From: Eledone cirrhosa
Taxonomy: Eukaryota
DNA length: 64,000 nt
NCBI GenBank assembly: GCA_964016885.1
Contig: OZ024752.1
Span: 9,238,001-9,302,000 of the forward strand
Reading direction: 5' to 3'
A program made the translations under genes and the position numbers. Each line of letters opens with the position of its first letter. Within the stretch, counting starts at the first letter, position 1. The notes beneath the pieces were generated by a model. It had not been told where the DNA came from and made no database searches. It was given only the letters and a program-made list of their open reading frames with translations. This document shows positions 31,401 to 42,858 of the stretch, in pieces.

Positions 31401-32121
31401 CAGAGTATACGAAGGAGCCATGGAAAAGTATAAGACCCTCATAGAACTGGACATGAAAGGAATTTGCCCACTATACAGGAGCAAATCATGGAATAGCTTA
31501 GATAGGGCTAGACATAAGATAGGGAAGGCCACATCATGGTACGACAACCAGAGATATCAGAGTGTCATGTTTGTGGACGCCACCCCTGGAGGGAAATTAG
31601 CTAACCAGTGTAGAAAGGCCCTGAGAAAGACCCACTTAAAAATAAAGGTGGTAGAAAAGCCAGGAACCACCATAAAATCCCTGATCAGCAAAACCTACCC
31701 TTTTAAGAAAACCCACTGTACCAATAGGAAATGTATCATATGTAAGGTGAACCCCCGGATAAACTGTAAAACTAGAAACGTAGTCTATAGCATAAGATGT
31801 ACAGAGGGTACTTGCAGAAACACGACAACAACATACATAGGTGAGACAGCTCGTAGCATAGGTGAAAGGATAGACCAACACTGGGGGGAACTAAAAGGAC
31901 GAAAAAACGGGTCAGTACTATACGAACATGCTAGACAACAACATGACGGTAACATAGACAACATAGAAATTAGAATAATATCTAAACATAGGAATGACCC
32001 AGCAGATAGGCAAATCAGAGAGGCCAGTGAAATAGAAATTAGAAGACCAAAGCTAAACAGAAAGAATGAGTGGAACAACAACAACACCCAAACAAACAAC
32101 ACTGACCTAAGAGAAGTATAA
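28489..32121 (+). CDS. PLE polyprotein of 1210 aa: N-terminal domain, Asn-rich insert, RT, Zn-knuckle, GIY-YIG
   Basis: Motifs PTDKSG, LYGLRKDHK, RPV, MDVVSLYP, GAAIG, YVDD, LPVLD, CTNRKCIIC (CX4CxxC), VVY..YIGET, RIDQH, EH, LN. No stops. Confidence 0.92.
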   Translation: MTLPKYNNICFDTRFHIKNLAKLIHRRYGISLCQAERLLKDTVFCYIKTTITTEQIRFLKHCVSSKTYTTNISKQVNNLLLNKTQAERLKHTITVNMKRTTYTKVNALYRQKRINGKEIRNLITANERDDFMSVIRRETKYAQNECCRHFKKKLEWMNKKKLQERKIEYSQKYPDNIDNIRMCDVKLPEEFTNDHTVNIYGNTLISEQEQQILKLPPKFAIYKKINPMECKTELEKCFTKIRWNAKVNNNNNNNGSSNINNNSGYRNNSHNHNNGRKVRNSDNGNNTSDRQNNNNHNNNNNRNVNHRHSNSDHSSNNGNNTNNNNNNNHSGNNGNSTCSNINKNKKHNNSNNHNGRNSSNNNNNNGEVNNNTSSNHNNNNINANDRNNNNHHDNNNSNTHNYDDRNNDNPLEKLFFNPADKTYKMGNIYPTRLPFNKRVCIPQQIDDETEAQFTIARNKIRQVVDRYTMRQSRPEAQQLGIKPVEGLVSLKQRTRDGEVVCLPTDKSGRMSIDSMPNYIEAMQPHITNTSEVAQLTHDGREKILNAHMMMWTDILKPSRRTANNFQASNNGIPPLYGLRKDHKTVDDPTTGPPTRPVCGANIASNYRISYFLSMVIRPIIKMSPDVCESTEDLLSRISECNKNRSLSNCIIGSMDVVSLYPSINIDFAVKRCVEMIIESEVEFCDVDTDELGLLLRLTYDTDYLDSHDLRCFCPSRPIRGRPPTITSMAKKTPIGRWIGWTKAIRTPQNTDQVRKMVAHAIGASIKTTLKGHIFKFNEKIYTQNEGAAIGVSIAGDVANLFMVWWERRLKDLLNESSIDLIMYSRYVDDINIVIRTPPLESTNKFDLERSTMESIQQIANSIHQSITVTIDFPSKHPNNRLPVLDTELWINTIDERAQILHSHYAKPMASKYLILKNSAMSSSAKFNILIADLVRVMKNVSSLCDPTEMEGHIQHFINRMQFSGYNQRDRVRVYEGAMEKYKTLIELDMKGICPLYRSKSWNSLDRARHKIGKATSWYDNQRYQSVMFVDATPGGKLANQCRKALRKTHLKIKVVEKPGTTIKSLISKTYPFKKTHCTNRKCIICKVNPRINCKTRNVVYSIRCTEGTCRNTTTTYIGETARSIGERIDQHWGELKGRKNGSVLYEHARQQHDGNIDNIEIRIISKHRNDPADRQIREASEIEIRRPKLNRKNEWNNNNTQTNNTDLREV

Positions 32122-32718
32122 ATAAATAAGTAAATTAAATAAAATAAAATAAGATAAATAAATACATACACAAGCACATAAACACACACTAGTCACCCAG
32201 CAGACACAACACTATACACACTAGTCACACATCACACATAACACTATACACACACGCAAACGCATGCGCAAAGAAGACAAAATAAAATAAGATAAACAAA
32301 CAAGCAAATAAATAAATAAATATATAGACAGACTGAACAAAAAAAATGGCGTAGACATACAACACAACAGGAGGAACAATGAATATAACACCACTGACGA
32401 TGTTGCAGATGTGCAACGAAAGATTTATGTAAATTATGTAAACTATATATATATGTGTTTGTCTATATTGTATCTGTATTATTTTTGACCGCCGGTCAGT
32501 CAATGGCAACATTGAGGACCGAGTAAGTTAGATCGCAGATATATATATATAAAAGACAGCGAGAAGCGAAAACCAACCAAACAGTGAGTGTGTTCTGTTA
32601 TTAATTCTGGCAATATTACGCAAATATGCCCCTCCCCAAATATAACAATATCTGTTTCGACACACGATTTCATATAAAAAACCTCGCAAAACTATATATA
32701 TATACATATATATATATA

Positions 32719-32767
<49 letters not shown>

Positions 32768-32772
<5 letters not shown>

Positions 32773-34868
32773 TTAGTATATCTACTAACATATGCGCACA
32801 GATGTACGCTAATGTCAGCAAATACACAGGTTATGTCATAGTACCTAGGTGGTTCAATGCAGGAGGATGCAGAACAATAATATAAAAGACGTAAAATAAG
32901 AAAATTTTAAAAATCTTCAAAAAAATTAACTTACTTACTAAAATTTTCACTCCAACTAATTAGATTCTGCAATGGGATAAAGACAGTTACGTAATAAACT
33001 GTTGAGAATTCATTGCTTCATCAGGGAGGTCTATTCTCAGCTAAGTCTCCAGGCAATGCGCGGACACTGGGGACTCATATAAAAATAATAATAATTCGGT
33101 AAATGGAACAGCTAGCGGGGACTGGATTCCATGCACTGAAAATCTCGCTGTCACTGGTCAAATGGTAGATTCTAAAGAATCAATCACGTGACACTGAGGC
33201 TAGTCGGTAGGAGTGGAATGGTAAGATGACAGAAGCCTACTAACACACCAAAAATTTAGTAGTGGTTTTGGCAGGTTTGCTCGACAAAGTGATTTGGAGT
33301 TAAATATAGAGAATTTAGTATATCTACTAACATATGCGCACAGATGTACGCTAATGTCAGCAAATACACAGGTTATGTCATAGTACCTAGGTGGTTCAAT
33401 GCAGGAGGATGCAGAACAATAATATAAAAGACGTAAAATAAGAAAATTTTAAAAATCTTCAAAAAAATTAACTTACTTACTAAAATTTTCACTCCAACTA
33501 ATTAGATTCTGCAATGGGATAAAGACAGTTACGTAATAAACTGTTGAGAATTCATTGCTTCATCAGGGAGGTCTATTCTCAGCTAAGTCTCCAGGCAATG
33601 CGCGGACACTGGGGACTCACATAAAAATAATAATAATTCGGTAAATGGAACAGCTAGCGGGGACTGGATTCCATGCACTGAAAATCTCGCTGTCACTGGT
33701 CAAATGGTAGATTCTAAAGAATCAATCACGTGACACTGAGGCTAGTCGGTAGGAGTGGGATGGTAAGATGACAGAAGCCTACTAACACACCAAAAATTTA
33801 GTAGTGGTTTTGGCAGGTTTGCTCGACAAAGTGATTTGGAGTTAAATATAGAGAATTTAGTATATCTACTAACATATGCGCACAGATGTACGCTAATGTC
33901 AGCAAATACACAGGTTATGTCATAGTACCTAGGTGGTTCAATGCAGGAGGATGCAGAACAATAATATAAAAGACGTAAAATAAGAAAATTTTAAAAATCT
34001 TCAAAAAAAAATTAACTTACTTACTAAAATTTTCACTCCAACTAATTAGATTCTGCAATGGGATAAAGACAGTTACGTAATAAACTGTTGAGAATTCATT
34101 GCATCATCAGGGAGGTCTATTCTCAGCTAAGTCTCCAGGCAATGCGCGGACACTGGGGACTCATATAAAAATAATAATAATTCGGTAAATGGAACAGCTA
34201 GCGGGGACTGGATTCCATGCACTGAAAATCTCGCTGTCACTGGTCAAATGGTAGATTCTAAAGAATCAATCACGTGACACTGAGGCTAGTCGGTAGGAGT
34301 GGGATGGTAAGATGACAGAAGCCTACTAACACACCAAAAATTTAGTAGTGGTTTTGGCAGGTTTGCTCGACAAAGTGATTTGGAGTTAAATATAGAGAAT
34401 TTAGTATATCTACTAACATATGCGCACAGATGTACGCTAATGTCAGCAAATACACAGGTTATGTCATAGTACCTAGGTGGTTCAATGCAGGAGGATGCAG
34501 AACAATAATATAAGAGACGTAAAATAAGAAAATTTTAAAAATCTTCAAAAAAATTGCCTCAGTGTCACGTGATTGATTCTTTAGAATCTACCATTTGACC
34601 AGTGACAGCGAGATTTTCAGTGCATGGAATCCAGTCCCCGCTAGCTGTTCCATTTACCGAATTATTATTATTTTTATATGAGTCCCCAGTGTCCGCGCAT
34701 TGCCTGGAGACTTAGCTGAGAATAGACCTCCCTGATGAAGCAATGAATTCTCAACAGTTTATTACGTAACTGTCTTTATCCCATTGCAGAATCTAATTAG
34801 TTGGAGTGAAAATTTTAGTAAGTAAGTTAATTTTTTTGAAGATTTTTAAAATTTTCTTATTTTACGTT

Positions 34869-34873
<5 letters not shown>
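32768..34873 (-). mobile_element. Non-coding tandem array of about 542-bp units (3.3 copies) plus an inverted partial unit; retrozyme-like (family J)
   Basis: Units start at about 32768, 33310, 33852 and 34396. 34556-34870 is the reverse complement of about 32885-33200. One HHR-like fold per unit. TA flanks. Confidence 0.8.
32950..33028 (-). ncRNA. Hammerhead-like fold with a GAAT core (copies 33492-33570 -, 34036-34114 -, 34728-34806 +)
   Basis: ctcc-CTGATGA-a-gcaatg...cattgc-a-GAAT-ctaattag-TT-ggag. Confidence 0.65.
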
Positions 34874-34937
<64 letters not shown>

Positions 34938-35032
34938 TATATATATATGCATATATATATATGCATATGCATATATATATATATATGCATATATATATAT
35001 ATGCATATGCATATATATATATATATATATAT

Positions 35033-35477
35033 ATGAAAAGTTATATTTAAAATTGTTGGGTTACAACTAGTAAATATTTATAACTGATATAAAAGCACTC
35101 GACAAATATTTGGAGTATATTTACAATATTAAATAAATGGAAACTATATTTATAAAACCATATCTATTTCATTATATATATTTCGGGGATATCATATTAA
35201 CAATATGCTATGCCTTCCTCAGACAAAATACAATATAAATAGTTTTATAGATAAATAGATTCGACATACCGTTATAACACCGACTTCCATTTGAAGAGGT
35301 TTAAGCCTCTTCAAATGGAAGTCGGTGTTATAACGGTATGTCGAATCTATTTATCTATAAAACTATTTATATTGTATTTTGTCTGAGGAAGGCATAGCAT
35401 ATTGTTAATATGATATCCCCGAAATATATATAATGAAATAGATATGGTTTTATAAATATAGTTTCCATTTATTTAAT

Positions 35478-35482
<5 letters not shown>
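35033..35482. mobile_element. Miniature hairpin made of family-F-related pLTR ends, with an HHR (CTGAGGA) on each arm
   Basis: Centre gaagaggtttaagcctcttc at about 35303. Arms are similar to 19410-19680. Confidence 0.85.
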
Positions 35483-35541
<59 letters not shown>

Positions 35542-35559
35542 TATATATATATATATATA

Positions 35560-35643
<84 letters not shown>

Positions 35644-36020
35644 CATATATATATATATATACATATGCATATATATATATATATATATGCATATGCATAT
35701 ATATATATATATATGCATATATATATATATATATGCATATATATATATATATATATGCATATATATATATATATATGCATATATATATATATATGCATAT
35801 ATATATATATATATGCATATGCATATGTATATATATATGCATATGTATATATATATATATGCATATGCATATATATATATATGCATATATATATATATAT
35901 ATGCATATGCATATATATATATATGCATATATATATATATATATATGCATATATATATATATGTATATATGTATATGTATATATATATACACATATATAT
36001 ATATATATGTATATATATAT

Positions 36021-37040
36021 AAAATAAAGTTAAATAAAAGTCAAATGATTAACATTTAACTTCGTTTATTACTGCTATATATATTTCAGTGACAGCCATC
36101 TTTGGCTGTGACCTCTTCAGGCAGTTTGAATTAGTATGGTATAGACAAGTACATGTGTTGTTTAGGTGTATAATATTGTCAATACTCTGATATGCCCAGT
36201 TCCTTGTTGGGTTGTTAATTCACTGAGGAACTGGAGTCATGAATTCAAACAAACGAATTTCAGTGTCAAAGGTCCCCTTCTCCCCTTCTTCATATACATG
36301 GAAGAACCCCCCCCCCCCACTACGATGGTGGCGGGAAGGATGAAGAAAAAACACAAACTGGATACTGCTAAATTGTTAGCAGCAGCAAGATATAAGCTGA
36401 CCACTACACCAACAACAGTAACAAAATAATGGTGGAGGTCAAATGTACTGAACAATAGCAGGCAAAAACACTACAGGGAGCCTCACCCCAGAAAGAATTC
36501 TATAGACTTCTGACTGAGGAATGCTTTCAGAACTGACCAATGGGAAGTTTGACACTTTTTTTGTTATTTTGTTCCTTTAACACCTTGTCCCTTCTACTAT
36601 TTTATCAATTTCTAAGCTAACTCCAACAATAACAACACTTAGAATGAGGAATGTTCTAATAACTGACCAATGAGAGGAGAAGGGGACCTTTGACACTGAA
36701 ATTCGTTTGTTTGAATTCATATGACTCCAGTTCCTCAGTGAATTAACAACCCAACAAGGAACTGGGCATATCAGAGTATTGACAATATTATACACCTAAA
36801 CAACATATGTACTTGTCTATACCATACTAATTCAAACTGCCTGAAGAGGTCACAGCCAAAGATGGCTGTCACTGAAATATATATAGCAGTAATAAACGAA
36901 GCTAAATTTTAATCAATTGACTTTTATTTAACTTTATTTTACACTACTCCGGAGTAACCAAACCAACCTGCGCACTTCGTCGAGTGCTCCAGCCTGCATA
37001 CTGAGGTGTTGGTATACAACCAACATAAACTCAAAATCTA
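36021..37040. mobile_element. Non-coding fold-back (family K) with HHR arms
   Basis: Inverted repeats at about 36021-36281 / 36676-36940. The right arm has a ~100-bp tail. TA flanks. Confidence 0.8.
36836..36890 (+). ncRNA. Hammerhead ribozyme (family K; mirror copy 36071-36125 on -)
   Basis: actgc-CTGAAGA-...acagcca/tggctgt...-GAAA-tatata-TA-gcagt. Confidence 0.82.
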
Positions 37041-37062
37041 TGTATATATATATATGTATATA

Positions 37063-37095
<33 letters not shown>

Positions 37096-37138
37096 GAAAA
37101 TTAGAATTGGTGCTCTGAAATAGCTATATATATATATG

Positions 37139-38787
37139 AATAGTTTTTGGCCTCCGCTCTGCTACCTCCTTTATGGATAGGGCATATTGTGCCTTCTTTC
37201 AGCTCGCTGGGTAGTACACCGCTAGCTAAGGAGCTTCTGAAGAGCATCTTCAGTGGAGTTGCTAAGGCCCGCTTACATGTTTTTAAGAGAACTGCTGGGA
37301 ATCCATCATGTCCAGCAGCTGAGTCTGTTCTAATTTCATCAATGGCGTACACCACATCCTCCTCCGTTATGTCTATGTGGTTGATGGTCGCCATTTCTTC
37401 ATGTAGTGTTGTGGCATCAAAGAACTCCCCTGGCTTCGTTATTTGCATGTGCCTCTGGACATGTGAACACACTTTTGTACTGTTCGTTCAGTATTTCACA
37501 TATCTCTTGGGGGTTTTCGGTTAATGAACCGTCCGTATGGAAGAGTGGCCCAATCTTGCAGTGTACTGAGGCATTTTCTTTTGCAAATTTAAAGAAGGCC
37601 TTAGGGTTTGTTTTAATGTTTTCTATGGCCCTGTTCTCTTTCTTTGCCCTCTCATTCTCATGGGAAAGCTTGAGTGCAATCTCGGTGCCAAGTAGTGCAC
37701 ATTTCAAATAGGATTCCTTCTTGTTTTTGTTTTGTTGACTATTCAACTGGTTTGAGAGTTTGGTTCTACGTCTCGTAAGGATTTTCCTATCTCTGGGAAT
37801 AAGATTTTTGTGTCTGTTTGCCTTTTTCTCCAGGACAAACGTTTTGCATATAGTGTGTATCGTTGTCATGAAGTGTTGAAATTGTGTGTTAGTGTCTTGT
37901 GTGGCGGTGTTTTCACTCCATGTTTGCTTCCGGATTTCTCTCTTAATCTTTTTCCAGTTAGCCTTGTAGAAGTTAAGGCTGGATAACGCCCCGGAGCTTC
38001 TTGGTGGTTTTGTCTCTGTTGGTTCTCTCGGATCACATATCATTAGCTCTACTAAGTTATGATCAGAGAGAATTGTTGGTGTCACCTTTACATTGTGGAT
38101 GAGCACTTCGTTGTTTGTAAAACAGAGGTCCAGGACATGTTCGCCTCTTGTTGGGAGGAGTATTGCTTGCTCCATGAACAGCCTGTGTGTGAGGGCCAGC
38201 AGGGATTCCGTCTGTCTCTGTTCTATTGACGTCATTCCAGGGAGGAGGTGGCCCTCAGGCCATTTGACCTTTGGTAGGTTGAAGTCTCCCAGCAGTAGAA
38301 TGTTGAGACCCTGGTCCAGTTTGTCAAGGACCTCTTCTATCCCACTTAGGCTATCCTCAAATTTACCCTCATGACTGGGGGCATCGGGCGGCCGATATGT
38401 GACACATATTACTGTCTGTAGTTGCTTCATATGTACTATCAGTGTGTCACAGACTGAGTTTGAATGTGTCAACAGTACAATTGGTGTGACATCTTCACGG
38501 ATATACAGAGCAACCTCACCTTGAGTTCTCTCCTTCCTGTCCGAACGAAATACAGTATATTTCGGTATATGTATTTCTGCATCTGCTATACTACTTGTCA
38601 GGTGCGTTTCGGTTAGTGCCATGCATAATGCTTGATTGCTTATGGCTAAGTCTCCCAGGTAGGAAATTTTACTCATGTTACAGAGTTTCACCAGGCCTCT
38701 GACATTCAGCAGCAGTACTGGTGTGACTTTTGGGGTGCCAGTAATGGCTGTCGGTATGACACCTGGTCTGGTGTCAGCGGCGGCCAC
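37139..38787 (-). pseudogene. LINE ORF2 N-terminal half (APE endonuclease), frameshifted near 37455 and truncated at AKNY
   Basis: ORFs 37417-38787 and 37101-37472 together match the 13108 protein. Confidence 0.85.
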
Positions 38788-39990
38788 TCTGGGACCCTTA
38801 GCTGTGGTGGTCTCGAGTGCTGGTGTGGGTGACTCTGGCTCTGGAAACGATGCAGCCAGGTCAGCTGTCCCACAATCTTCTCTGCCATCACTAACAATTT
38901 TTTCTGCTCTGCTGCTGCCATCTATATCTCGTCGGCATGTGCGTGCCTTCTCCTTGTTGGTGCGGTACGCGCGACATCAGCATACTTCTGGAGCGGCTTA
39001 TTTCGGCTTTGGCTGGGGCAGGTTGCGCGAGTAGGATGGGCATAGTTCGTTTGAGACCTGGGGTGGGCGAATCTGCATCCTATCGCTGTCTCTCCATGCC
39101 AGCAGGTCCCGTTCTTGAAAACTTGCACATTACTTGGTTTTTTTTGCTCCCAGTGTCTCGGTGCTTTCTGTTCTTCCTTTGAAAGTTGTCCACTGGTCCC
39201 TCTGCACTTGGTTCTCCTTCGGAAGGTGATTTCGCTTTTCACCTTTACCTTTTGCTTGTTGGTTGCCCGGCTGCCCTCTCTGACTGTGGCGGCGGGTATC
39301 TCATTTTCTTTCAGGTCCGTGCTTGTGCTCTCCTCCTTTTTCTTTTTATTTTTCCCTCTCCTCTCCATTCTCTTCGGTTTTCTCCTCTGAGGACACGGCT
39401 TAGCATCGCCATATGTGGCGCTATGAGGACATACGCCTTCTCAATTTCTTTTCTCTTTCTCTCTATCTGTGCCAGGGTCCTCTGAAACCCATGGTTTTTC
39501 AGGTTCTCCGCCACCTTTGTGCTTGGTGGAGACCCATCAGCCATGGTCCACCTCTTGCTCAAAACCGTAGTTCTATCTTTGACCAGTTTCGCTGACTCCT
39601 AATTTCACCTTCTCCTGTATGCAGTCCATTTCCGCTGTGGAGGGGAGAAAGAGAGATAGTGGGAAGTGTAGGGTAGAGGTTAAAGAGGGACAGAGGGAGA
39701 TTATAAGTCCAGTGAGAATTTAAGGAGCGATTTAGAGAAAAGAGAGAGAGAACTTGTGCGATCTAGAGAGAGAGAGAGGGAAAAAGAAAAAGAAACAGAA
39801 GAAAAGAAAGGGGAGAGAGACAGAAGAGAGGAGCGAGAGAGATAGCAGGAAGAGTGGGGGGGGGAAGGTTAGAGAGAGAGCGGAGATTCAAGGTGCGATT
39901 TAGAGAGAGAGAGAGAAGGGTAGAGAGCTCGTGTGATCTAGAGAGAGAGAGAGGAAGGAAGAAGGAGAGAGACAGCGTTAGAAATAGCAA
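37139..39990 (-). mobile_element. 5' part of the same CR1/L2-type LINE: CT-rich 5' region, broken ORF1, APE endonuclease and start of RT
   Basis: 37139-37927 is highly similar to the reverse complement of 12887-13677. APE motifs LNVRGL, LTETHL, YRPP, GDFN, LDL, SDH. The 5' boundary is uncertain. Confidence 0.85.
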
Positions 39991-40539
39991 TTCAGAAAGA
40001 GAGAGAGAGCGGTCAAAGAGAACTATAAATATTAGTAATAAATATCGTTCAAAGAATATTTCGCTATTAAAACATCAAATGATATCCACATGAAATATAA
40101 AGGGGACAGAATTAAATTAAGATGAAATAAAATAAAATAAGATAAAATAAGATAAATCTAAAACAAATTAAATGAATGAACCAAAATAGTTAAAGATATA
40201 GAAACACGAGGTAAGTTGTATATAAGTTGAATTCAAATGTTGTTTGCAAATATAAATAACGGAACCGTATAGAGTGACGATAGTTATTGTAATATCAATA
40301 TATCAAACAACAAACAACAAACACACATGCTCACCGAGTCAAAAACAAATAAAATTATATTAAATTAGATTATGTTACTCAGAAAAAACAAAATAATACA
40401 AAATCTACTATGTATATATATACATTTGTATATGTATATATATATGTATATATATACATATATATGTATATATATATACATATGTATAAATGGATCGATC
40501 GACTTTCGTCAAATCGGACCGACGAAACAATGTTTTCGT

Positions 40540-40710
40540 CGGTCTTTCCAGTTGCTAATACTATCTATCGGTCGCAACTCCAGGTAGAAGGAGCAAACGT
40601 GAAATAAAGTGGTCTTGCTCAAGGACATAACGCATCGCTGGTCCAGGAATCGAACTCACAATCTCAAGATTGTGAATCCCAATTCTCTAACCACTCAGCC
40701 ACACGCCTTC
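40540..40710 (-). mobile_element. tRNA-derived SINE (decayed)
   Basis: Minus strand has box A TGGCTGAGTGG and box B GTTCGATTCC, followed by gtccttgagcaagaccacttt. Confidence 0.7.
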
Positions 40711-41004
40711 ATATGTAATATTGTATATATATATGTATATGCATTATATATATATATATATATATGTGTATATGTATATATATGTGTGTATATATATATA
40801 TGTGTGTGTATATATATATATGTGTGTATATATATATATATTGTATATATATATGTGTATATATATATGTGTGTATATATATATATGTATGTATATATAT
40901 ATGTATGTATCTGCTGCATACATACACACACACACATATATATATCTGCTACATACATATATACACACACACACATATATATAATATATGTGTGTATGTG
41001 TGAG

Positions 41005-41433
41005 TGAGCGCGATGCTGCATGGTAGTGTGACCTGGGCAGCAACTGCAGAGGATATGCGACGGTTGGAGAGAAATGAGGCAAGCATGCTCCGTTGGATGT
41101 GCATGAAGGAACCAGCATGGATGTGTTGAGAGAGAAACTGTATCTGAGAGGGTTAGAATGTAGTGTGCGAGAGAGGAGACTGCGGTGGTATGGACATGTG
41201 ATGCGCATGGAGGATGACTGCAGGGTAAAGAAGTGCCAGGAAATGCCAGTTGAAGGAAGACGTGGTAGAGGTAGACCACGAAAAACATGGGCGGAGGTGG
41301 TGAGAGCAGACCTAAGATCGCTGAAACTCACCGAGGAGATGACGAAGGACCGTGACAAGTGGAGAGACGGTGTGCTGAATAGACCCGTCCCACCCTTGCA
41401 AGCAGGGAAAAGCGGACGTAAAATGATGATGAT
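41005..41433 (+). mobile_element. 3' end of an RTE-type LINE
   Basis: [14 protein letters not shown]...[12 protein letters not shown]...DRDKWR, ending in (ATG)3. Confidence 0.8.
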
Positions 41434-41789
41434 AGCGAGAGACTCCTAGTCTCATTAATACATCTCTATAGGAGAAGGTCACTCTGATAAAAACCTGCGA
41501 CATCGTTTGCATCCAATGATATAGACCAGTTCTTCTTTTTGGGCAAATGCATTCGATGTTCAGAGTGTGGGATAGGCCCCATGCAAAGCCTTCCCTCACT
41601 TAAAAAGCTTGAAGCATGGGCATCGCTTGATATGTGACATTTTTTGCGATGTATGGTATTGCAAGTCGCTAAAGACCACGTCAGTGATTCTCATGCTTAA
41701 GTATCAAGCGATGGTATTACTCGAAATCCAGTTGCAGCCATCATCATGTATGTATGTATAATTCATGCTGGAATCGTAGAGTCAAACAC

Positions 41790-42100
41790 AGCCGATTTCT
41801 TCCAGAGAGAGAGAGAGGGTAGAGGAAACATCGACCCAATACCGGGCAAGTCATTTTTTGTCAACCCCGAAAGAGTAAAAGCAAAGACGACCAAGGCTGG
41901 ATTTGAACGCAGAGGGCAGAAAAATTGGAACGAATACCGCGAAGCACCGAACGCCATGCTTTCCAGCATAGTTACGTCCCTCTACGGTCTTGCGTTGAAA
42001 TCCCGCCGAGGTTCACTTTGCCTTTCATCTTATAGGGTCGATAAAATAAAGTACAGTAATACACTGTTATAATTGCTGGCCTTGTACCAAAAAGTAGAAA
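41790..42100. mobile_element. Two decayed SINE fragments of one family in head-to-head orientation
   Basis: Minus strand gttcaaatcc...tttgcttttactctttcggggttgacaaa versus plus strand gttgaaatcc...tttgcctttcatcttatagggtcgataaa. Confidence 0.55.
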
Positions 42101-42284
42101 CAATTATATCTGACGTTGTAACGATCTTGTCAATTCGCTGTTTATTGGATTGGATAGAGTTGACTATATGTTTGTAATGCACAAGGTTTGGGAAGTAACT
42201 CTTGGCTTCATAATGCTATGCCATGAAATGTGAAAACATTTATTTAAGAGTGGTTTCCCTTGGAATTCAACGCCGTGATACATC

Positions 42285-42858
42285 CAACACCACTACCACC
42301 ATCATCACAACCATAGATACGACAAGCACAACTACCACCACCACCACCACCACCACCACCACCACCACACACACCTCCACAATAACAACAACCACTGTGT
42401 CAACCACCACAATAAATACCACAACAAATAGCATCCCCCATATACACACCATCACCACCACCATCACCATCACCACCACCAGGATCAGCAGCACCACTAC
42501 TAACGTCATCACCATAGCCACAACTTCCACCACTAAACACCACCACAATAACCATCACAACGATCATCATCCCCATCACACACGTACATCACTACCACCA
42601 TCACAACTACAACCGCCACCACCAACCACTACCACAGCCTCTACCACAAATATCGACAGCACCCCCACTACCACTATATCGACAGCACCACCACTACCAC
42701 TATCATAACGACCACTGCCACAACCACTACCACAACAATCAGCACTACCACCATTACTACCACCACAACCATCAGCGCCACCACCATCACCACCACCTCC
42801 AGTACCACCACCTTCATCATCACCACCACCACCATCATCACCACCACCACCAGTACCT
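42285..42858. repeat. Degenerate (ACC/CAC)n trinucleotide repeat
   Basis: Directly visible. Confidence 0.9.

Larger units (their letters stand above)
27534..32694 (+). mobile_element. Full-length Penelope-like element (family I, Neptune-like) in partial-tandem form
   Basis: Direct repeats 27534-28557 / 31671-32694 (offset 4137, only a few differences), intact ORF, TA flanks. Confidence 0.92.

Noticed and set aside
32768-34555. Possible CRISPR array or rDNA/5S repeat
   Set aside because: There are no unique spacers, no cas genes and no recognisable rRNA sequence.
40625-40710. tRNA gene
   Set aside because: A and B boxes are present but there is no good cloverleaf, and the sequence continues into a SINE body.
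42223-42708. Thr-rich mucin-like ORF
   Set aside because: It derives from an (ACC)n microsatellite, with no exon evidence.
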